From the NCBI GenBank assembly GCA_025361085.1, contig JANYAX010000001.1:1-58194 (forward strand): a stretch of DNA of 58,194 bases, in the 5' to 3' direction. The notes beneath the pieces are model-generated. The model was not told the DNA's origin. It saw only the letters and a list, made by a program, of their open reading frames with translations, and did no database searches. Source of the stretch: Candidatus Nomurabacteria bacterium. GTDB taxonomy: Bacteria > Patescibacteriota > Minisyncoccia > Phycocordibacterales > UBA9973. Positions 27,647-33,937 of the stretch are shown here, in pieces (position 1 is the stretch's first letter; each line of letters starts with the position of its first letter). The position numbers were made by a program, and so were the translations under genes.

Positions 27647-28189
27647 TCACTTTTGGGAGGCTAAAAGATGATTTCTGTATTCTACAAACGACATCCCGTA
27701 CATATTTTTCTCGTCTGATTCGTGTTTTTCTTCAGAGATTTTTTGCCATTTAGTCATATCAATAGTAGGGAAGAAAGTGTCAGCGTCTGGGACTTCTACA
27801 TCAACGTGTGTGATATAAAGCTTGTCGGCTAGATCAATAAATAATTTGTATATTTGCCCGCCACCAATCACGAAACATTCGCTATCTTCTTTTTCTGTTT
27901 GTTTCAATAAGTTTATTAATTCATCGACAGAATAGACAATTTCTATGCCTTCTCTTTTAAAAGTTTCATCTTTAGTTAAAACTATATTTCTACGGTTTGG
28001 AAGTGGTCGGCCGGGTTCACCATTTGGCCCAGTTCCTAACGATTCAAACGTTTTTTGCCCCATTATTACCGTGTGACCGCTTGTTGTTTTGCGGAAGTGT
28101 TGCATATCAAGTGGCAAATCCCAAAGAAGCGCATTCTTCCTTCCAATTTCATTATTTTTCCCAATGGCCGATATTATTGATAGAATCAT
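27647..28189 (-). CDS. folA: Dihydrofolate reductase
   Basis: IGRKNALLWDLPLDMQHFRKTTSGHTVIMGQKTFESLG is the typical DHFR N-terminus. Confidence 0.85.
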   Translation of the reverse strand: MILSIISAIGKNNEIGRKNALLWDLPLDMQHFRKTTSGHTVIMGQKTFESLGTGPNGEPGRPLPNRRNIVLTKDETFKREGIEIVYSVDELINLLKQTEKEDSECFVIGGGQIYKLFIDLADKLYITHVDVEVPDADTFFPTIDMTKWQKISEEKHESDEKNMYGMSFVEYRNHLLASQK

Positions 28190-28206
28190 AGTTTTTTATA
28201 AATGAA

Positions 28207-28278
28207 GCAGGATTGTTAAAATTTTTATCCGTGTCGGAGCCCTTTAGGGTAAAGCGGGAAAAATTTTAATAATTCTGC
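28207..28278 (-). ncRNA. Long-stem hairpin element, copy 1 (between thyA and folA)
   Basis: Stem of about 20 bp (18 of 20 paired) around the core CCCGCUUUACCC-UAAA-GGGCUCCGACACGG in the sense of the flanking genes; related to 47904-47979 and 33559-33596. Confidence 0.6.
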
Positions 28279-28287
28279 GAAATTTAT

Positions 28288-29160
28288 CTATATAGCTATC
28301 TCAAAAGGAATTTTGTCATAGCTTTGATAATTTAATAATTTTGTATCTTCAGACTTCCAATCGAAAATTGATTTCCATTCAGATGTCTCAATAGCAGGGA
28401 GAGGGAATTTGTTTGGGTCTCGAGTTAGTTGCTCACGTGCACCATCTACATGATTTTCATATATGTGAACATCTGCCAAAAATCCAACAAGTTTTCCTTC
28501 TTTTAATCCCGATTCTTTGGCGAGCAAGTGAAGAAGAATTGCATAACTTGCAATGTTGAATGGGAGGCCGAGCATCGTATCGACAGAGCGCTGGTTCCAC
28601 AACAAATTTAATTTATTATCTATGACAGTAATCTGAAAAGAATAGTGGCAAGGAGGCAATGCCATTTCACTGAACTGTTGCGGGTTCCAGGCGCTGACGA
28701 TCATTCTTCTGTCTCTTGGGTTTGTTTTAAGTGTCTCAACTAATTTTTTTATTTGATCAATTCCAAGTCCATTATAATCAGTATTAAAATCTTTATAAGG
28801 AGCGTTGAAGTGACGCCATTGAAAACCATAAATCGGTCCGAGATCTCTTTCTTCCAGCATTTTCTTTTTCGACTCTTCGTCGTGACCATATGGGGCGAGT
28901 TGTGGTTTGGCCCATTCATCCCAGATGTGATTGTTTTTATCCTGCAACCATTTCTTGTCAGTAATTCCTTTTATAAAAAATTCTAATTCAGACGCGACTA
29001 ATTTGAATGGCGTTTTCTTTGTTGTCAAAAGCGGAAATCCTTTCGACATATCATGTTCAAACATTGCCCCAGCTATTGTGTAAGCTTTCACACCCGTTCT
29101 TGTATTAACCAATTTACCTTCTTCTAATATTTTTTTAACTATATCTAAATATGCTCTCAT
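28288..29160 (-). CDS. thyA: Thymidylate synthase (ThyA type)
   Basis: RRMIVSAWNP and active-site LPPCHYSFQ motifs; ATG 29160 (MRAYLDIVKK) chosen. Confidence 0.9.
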   Translation of the reverse strand: MRAYLDIVKKILEEGKLVNTRTGVKAYTIAGAMFEHDMSKGFPLLTTKKTPFKLVASELEFFIKGITDKKWLQDKNNHIWDEWAKPQLAPYGHDEESKKKMLEERDLGPIYGFQWRHFNAPYKDFNTDYNGLGIDQIKKLVETLKTNPRDRRMIVSAWNPQQFSEMALPPCHYSFQITVIDNKLNLLWNQRSVDTMLGLPFNIASYAILLHLLAKESGLKEGKLVGFLADVHIYENHVDGAREQLTRDPNKFPLPAIETSEWKSIFDWKSEDTKLLNYQSYDKIPFEIAI

Positions 29161-29281
29161 ACTCTCTATTATACCCAGAAGTAAAGTTATTTCAAAACTT
29201 ACTACTGGATATGCTCTTTTTTGATTTTTTTCCAAACGTGGTAAAATCAACCTATTACAAACTAAAAACCACTAAATTAAC

Positions 29282-30520
29282 ATGCAAGACAAACAAGTAG
29301 AAAAGCTCATAAAGGCCGAAGAAAAAAGACAAAAAAGTGTTATAAACCTTATCGCTTCTGAGAACTATGTTTCAAACGATGTTTTAAAGGCTCTTGGTTC
29401 AAAACTAACCAATAAATACGCTGAAGGTTATCCAGGTCGCCGATATTATGGTGGAAATGAAATTATAGATAAGGTAGAAACTCTTGCGATGGCTCGTGCT
29501 CTAAAACTTTTCAAACTCAAAGGAGATGGCCCATTCGCTTCGAAAGCTCATGACCAAATATCTAAAGATATTTGGCATGTAAATGTTCAGCTTCTCTCGG
29601 GTTCGCCAGCCAATTTTGCTCTATATTCAGCTCTTGTGCCGATTGGCGGAAAAATTATGGGTATGAAGCTTACTGCTGGTGGTCACTTGACTCACGGGCA
29701 CCCTCTCTCAATGACAGGTAAACTTTGGAAACCATTACAATTCGAACTTGATCCTAAAACTGAAATGATAGATTACGATGCTCTCAAAAAATTAGCAATT
29801 GCAGAAAAGCCAGATATTATAGTTTGTGGATTCACAGCTTACCCAAGAGTTGTTGATTTTAAAAAGTTTAGAGAAATCGCCGATGCGGTAGTTTACCCTG
29901 ATGGAAGAAAAGGCGCAATTCTTCATGTCGACATGTCTCACTTTGCGGGGCTTGTTGCTGGTGGGGCATACCCATCTCCATTTCCATTTGCTGATTCTGT
30001 TATGAGCACAACTCACAAATCTCTCCGTGGTCCAAGACAAGCGATCCTTTGGGTAAAGAAAGATGAAAGAGGTTTTGATAAAAAATTAGATAAGATGGTA
30101 ATACCTGGGTTATTCGGTGGGCCACACGAGAACAACATCGCTGGAGTTGCGATTGCTCTAAAAGAAGCGATGAAGCCAGAGTTCAAAAAATGGGCTAAAC
30201 AAGTTGTGAAGAATGCAAAAACTTTAGCCAAAGAATTACAAAAACTCGGTTGGCATATTATTTCTGGTGGTACAGATTCTCATTTGATATTGATGGATAC
30301 ATGGATGGATGGAAAGGGAATATCTGGCAAAGAGGCAAGTATAAAACTAGAGAAAGCCGGAATCATTGTAAATATGAATACAATCCCTGGCGACACTCGC
30401 TCAGTCATGGACCCATCCGGAATTCGCCTCGGCACTTGTGCCGAAACCACTCGAGGTAAAAAAGAAAAAGATATGATAGTTATTGCCAAGAAGATGGATA
30501 AAGCCCTAAGAGGAAAATAA
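29282..30520 (+). CDS. glyA: Serine hydroxymethyltransferase
   Basis: NVQLLSGSPAN and PLP-lysine TTHKSLRGPR motifs. Confidence 0.9.
   Translation: MQDKQVEKLIKAEEKRQKSVINLIASENYVSNDVLKALGSKLTNKYAEGYPGRRYYGGNEIIDKVETLAMARALKLFKLKGDGPFASKAHDQISKDIWHVNVQLLSGSPANFALYSALVPIGGKIMGMKLTAGGHLTHGHPLSMTGKLWKPLQFELDPKTEMIDYDALKKLAIAEKPDIIVCGFTAYPRVVDFKKFREIADAVVYPDGRKGAILHVDMSHFAGLVAGGAYPSPFPFADSVMSTTHKSLRGPRQAILWVKKDERGFDKKLDKMVIPGLFGGPHENNIAGVAIALKEAMKPEFKKWAKQVVKNAKTLAKELQKLGWHIISGGTDSHLILMDTWMDGKGISGKEASIKLEKAGIIVNMNTIPGDTRSVMDPSGIRLGTCAETTRGKKEKDMIVIAKKMDKALRGK
29528..29555 (+). repeat. In-frame G+C-rich patch in glyA related to the metG element at 46115-46152
   Basis: GGCCCATTCGCTTCGAAAGCTCATGACC versus GGCCCTTCGCTGATGCTCAGGACC; encodes GPFASKAHD. 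Confidence 0.6.
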
Positions 30521-30521
30521 A

Positions 30522-31241
30522 ATGACAAAGAATAAAAAAGAAAAATGCAAAGGAAAACTTATTGTGATTGATGGGACAGATGGTAGTGGGAAAGCCACAC
30601 AAGTCGAGCTTTTAGCGAAGACCCTGAGGAACGAAGGGTTGAAGGTAAAAGTTGTAGATTTCCCAGAGTATTATAAGAATTTCTTTGGGCAATTTATTGG
30701 GCACTGCCTTTCTGAGCAATATTATAATTGGCTCAATATTCATCCAAAGATTGCTTCAGTTATGTATGCTGCTGATAGGTGGGAGTCGAGTGAAGAGATG
30801 AGAAAATGGTTGGATGAGGGTTATATTGTTATTGCAAATCGTTATGTGTCAGCTAATCAAATCCATCAAGGGGGTAAGATTATGAGTGCCAAGAAGAGGA
30901 ACGATTTTTTGAAATGGCTAAACCAAATGGAATATGAGGTTTTTAAAATTCCAAGACCCGATCTGACTTTGTATTTGAGTTTACCTATCGATTTAGTCCT
31001 CAAACTTTTGAAAGATCGAGATAGTAAAATGAAAAGAGAATATTTAAAAAAGAAAAAGGATGTTCACGAAGCGGACGTGAATCATTTAATAAATTCTCGC
31101 AAAAGTGCACTCAAGCTTGTTAAAGAGATCCAGAATTTTATAAAAATTGAATGCTCAGAAAAAGGTGCAATGCTGTCACGTGAAGATATTCACAAAAAGG
31201 TGTATAAAGAAGTTAAAAAAATTATTAAGAAAATAATTTAA
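30522..31241 (+). CDS. tmk: Thymidylate kinase
   Basis: P-loop VIDGTDGSGKATQ. Confidence 0.85.
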   Translation: MTKNKKEKCKGKLIVIDGTDGSGKATQVELLAKTLRNEGLKVKVVDFPEYYKNFFGQFIGHCLSEQYYNWLNIHPKIASVMYAADRWESSEEMRKWLDEGYIVIANRYVSANQIHQGGKIMSAKKRNDFLKWLNQMEYEVFKIPRPDLTLYLSLPIDLVLKLLKDRDSKMKREYLKKKKDVHEADVNHLINSRKSALKLVKEIQNFIKIECSEKGAMLSREDIHKKVYKEVKKIIKKII

Positions 31242-31250
31242 TATTTTATT

Positions 31251-31676
31251 ATGAAAGTAGAGATCAAAAGGATAGATAAATCATTGTCATTACCCGAATA
31301 CCATACGTCTGGAGCTGTAGCTTTTGACTTATATTCAAGGTTTGATGGTATCGTTGCTCCCAAAGCATTAGAAAGATTTCCAACAAATATAATTGTTAAA
31401 ATTCCTGATGGTTATATGCTTGAGATTAAGGATCGTTCCAGTACACTAAAACGAAAAGGGCTTTTGGTAAGTACTGGCTATATAGATAATGATTTTCATG
31501 GAGAGAATGATGAAATTTTGCTCCAGGTATATAATTTGACTGATAATGATGTTAAAATAGAAAAAGGGGAACGTTTAGGCCAAGGTGTTTTTATTAAGGT
31601 AGAAAAGGCAGAATGGGAAGAAGTAGAAAAAATGAAAGAAGTATTTCGTAGTGGTTTTGGTTCAACAGGATATTAA
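31251..31676 (+). CDS. dut: dUTP diphosphatase
   Basis: GYIDNDFHGE and C-terminal RSGFGSTGY motifs. Confidence 0.85.
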   Translation: MKVEIKRIDKSLSLPEYHTSGAVAFDLYSRFDGIVAPKALERFPTNIIVKIPDGYMLEIKDRSSTLKRKGLLVSTGYIDNDFHGENDEILLQVYNLTDNDVKIEKGERLGQGVFIKVEKAEWEEVEKMKEVFRSGFGSTGY

Positions 31677-31677
31677 T

Positions 31678-33522
31678 ATGAAAGAACAAATAGAAAATTT
31701 AATAAAAGAAACTTTAAAAAATCTTGGGATTCCTGCCTGCGCAGGCAGGGAAGATTGTGATTTTTCTGTTGAACATCCTGATGATTTTAATAATGGTGAT
31801 TATTCGACGAATGTGGCGATGGTGAGTGCCAAAAGTTTAAAAACAAATCCAAAAGAATTAGCGGAAAAGATTGTTATAACCCTTCGGCAAGCTCAGGGTG
31901 AATTTCCTGGAATACAGGAAATTCAGATTGCGGGGCCTGGGTTTATAAATTTTTATTTATCTCGAAATTTTTTTACAGAAAGTATAAATAAAATTTTGAA
32001 GGAAGGAGAAAATTGGGGGAAAAATAATTCATCTCTTGGTAAAAAAATAATGGTTGAGTATACCGACCCGAACCCTTTTAAGCCATTTCACATCGGGCAC
32101 TTAATGACGAATGCAATAGGAGAATCGATTTCTCGTATTGTTGAATTCTCTGGAGCTAAAACTGTCAGGGCAAATTATCAGGGCGATATTGGGCCACATG
32201 TAGCTAAAGCGATATATGGTCTTATGAAATTTGGCATGCCTGATGAATTAAAATTAACCGCGGAAAAAGCAGAATATATTGGTGAATGTTATTCGAAAGG
32301 AAGTAATTTATATGATACTGATGAGAATGTTAAAAAAGAAATTGATGAGATAAATAAGAAGATTTATGATAAATCAGATGTTGAGATAAACAAAATTTAT
32401 GATTGGGGGCGAAAAGTAACTCTCGATGCTTTTGAAGAAATATACAAAATTCTTGGAACGAAATTCAATCATTATTTTTTTGAAAGCGAGATGGCGCCTA
32501 TTGGAGAGGAGATTGTTCGCGCAAATGTTATGGCCGAAGGTCCCGAGAGTAACCGAGGGATATTTGAAGATTCAAATGGCGCAATAATTTTCCATGGTGA
32601 GAATTATGACAAGAAACTTCACACACGAGTGTTTATCAATTCACAAGGCCTTCCAACATATGAGACAAAAGAAATTGGTCTCACAATGACTAAATTTGAA
32701 AAAGAAAATCCCGATCTTTCTATTGTTATCACTGCCACAGAGCAAGCCGAATATATGAAAGTAGTTCAGAAAGCTATTTCGTTACTTCACCCAGATTTAG
32801 AGAGTAGAATGAAGCATATTACTCACGGTATGATGCGCTTCGCTTCTGGTAAAATGTCGTCTAGAAAAGGGAATGTAGTCACAGGTGAATCACTTTTGCG
32901 TGATTCGATGGATGTAGTTTATGAAAAAGTTAAAGATCGTGATTTAGAAAATGGAGAAAAAAAGAAAATTGCCGAAGTAGTTGGAGTATCTGCTCTCAAA
33001 TATTCAATTCTAAGGTCGTCTATTGGTAGTGATATTATTTACGATTTTGAAAAATCTATTTCTTTTGATGGTGATTCTGGTCCATATTTACAATACACTG
33101 CAGTCCGAGCAAATTCGATACTCGATAAAGCAAAAGATTTTAAAACCCCCTCGGCTGTTGGCCACTCCTTACAGGAGCAGTACACTTCTCACGTTTTGAA
33201 TACAAAACATTCAAAGTCTTGCGCTTCGGATCCCATCCCGAAGCTCACCCCCTTATCAGGGGGAGAAGTAAATTCTCTTGAAAAATTAATTTATCAATTC
33301 GAAGAAATTGTTGAGTACTCATATGAGAGGCTAGAACCGCATCATATAGCGGTTTATCTTACCGAACTCGCAAGTAGTTTCAATACTTTTTATGGTAATA
33401 CAAAAATTCTTGATGATGGAAACAAAAATATAGCTTATCACTTAGATCTAGTAAAAGCATTTTACCAAACAATGAAAAACGGCCTCTGGCTCTTGGGTAT
33501 TGAAGTTCCAGAGAAAATGTAA
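31678..33522 (+). CDS. argS: Arginine--tRNA ligase
   Basis: PNPFKPFHIGHLMTNAIGE (HIGH) and C-terminal YLTELASSFNTFY; ATG 31678 is adjacent to the dut stop. Confidence 0.9.
   Translation: MKEQIENLIKETLKNLGIPACAGREDCDFSVEHPDDFNNGDYSTNVAMVSAKSLKTNPKELAEKIVITLRQAQGEFPGIQEIQIAGPGFINFYLSRNFFTESINKILKEGENWGKNNSSLGKKIMVEYTDPNPFKPFHIGHLMTNAIGESISRIVEFSGAKTVRANYQGDIGPHVAKAIYGLMKFGMPDELKLTAEKAEYIGECYSKGSNLYDTDENVKKEIDEINKKIYDKSDVEINKIYDWGRKVTLDAFEEIYKILGTKFNHYFFESEMAPIGEEIVRANVMAEGPESNRGIFEDSNGAIIFHGENYDKKLHTRVFINSQGLPTYETKEIGLTMTKFEKENPDLSIVITATEQAEYMKVVQKAISLLHPDLESRMKHITHGMMRFASGKMSSRKGNVVTGESLLRDSMDVVYEKVKDRDLENGEKKKIAEVVGVSALKYSILRSSIGSDIIYDFEKSISFDGDSGPYLQYTAVRANSILDKAKDFKTPSAVGHSLQEQYTSHVLNTKHSKSCASDPIPKLTPLSGGEVNSLEKLIYQFEEIVEYSYERLEPHHIAVYLTELASSFNTFYGNTKILDDGNKNIAYHLDLVKAFYQTMKNGLWLLGIEVPEKM
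31732..31749. repeat. Perfect 18-nt palindrome CCTGCCTGCGCAGGCAGG inside argS
   Basis: Self-complementary; read as PACAGR; near-identical copies at 34891-34908 and 47553-47570. Confidence 0.9.
33145..33267 (+). repeat. Composite G+C-rich insertion of about 120 nt in the argS C-terminal region
   Basis: Four successive hairpins (CTCCT-TAC-AGGAG, GTTTTG-AATA-CAAAAC, CTTCGG-N8-CCGAAG, CCCCC-TTATCA-GGGGG); its ends match the metG element at 46537-46576. Confidence 0.8.
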
Positions 33523-33558
33523 AATAATCAAAAGGCAGTTTATAAAAATATAAGATAC

Positions 33559-33596
33559 AATCAACAGCTTTCTGCTATCGCCGACAAGTGTTGATT
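33559..33596 (+). ncRNA. Short variant of the long-stem hairpin element (after argS)
   Basis: AATCAACA-GCTTTCTGCTATCGCCGACAAG-TGTTGATT; shares GCUUUC and CCGACA core blocks with 28207-28278 and 47904-47979. Confidence 0.4.
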
Positions 33597-33617
33597 ACAA
33601 TAAAAAGGTCTACACGC

Positions 33618-33645
33618 TTGCGATTTTAGGATATTTAAGTATAAT
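33618..33645 (+). promoter_or_regulatory. Sigma-70-type promoter for the ileS leader
   Basis: TTGCGA-N16-TATAAT. Confidence 0.55.
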
Positions 33646-33651
33646 TTGTTT

Positions 33652-33830
33652 ATACGCGTTGAAGAGGTTATCACCTCTGAGTGTGGGGAAGAAAGCCTTA
33701 AATGGTAAGTAGAACCCTATAAATGAGAAGCCCCGCGCAAATCTGGCGGGTAAAAAGTAAGGTGGTACCACGAGAGAAACTCGTCCTTATATAGCAATTA
33801 TTTTAATTGTTATATGTGGACGAGTTTTTT
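33652..33830 (+). promoter_or_regulatory. T-box leader (transcription attenuation) controlling ileS
   Basis: T-box sequence AAGGUGGUACCACG (33759-33772) overlaps the 5' side of the terminator AAACTCGTCC...GGACGAGTTTTTT (33777-33830); Stem I is short. Confidence 0.75.
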
Positions 33831-33937
33831 ATTTAAAAATTAATAATAAAAACTTCGCAAATTATATTCTGAAAAAACTGTACGAGGGAAAGGTCAGACA
33901 TTTTTTCATAAAATAATTTGCTTCGTTTCTTAAATAT

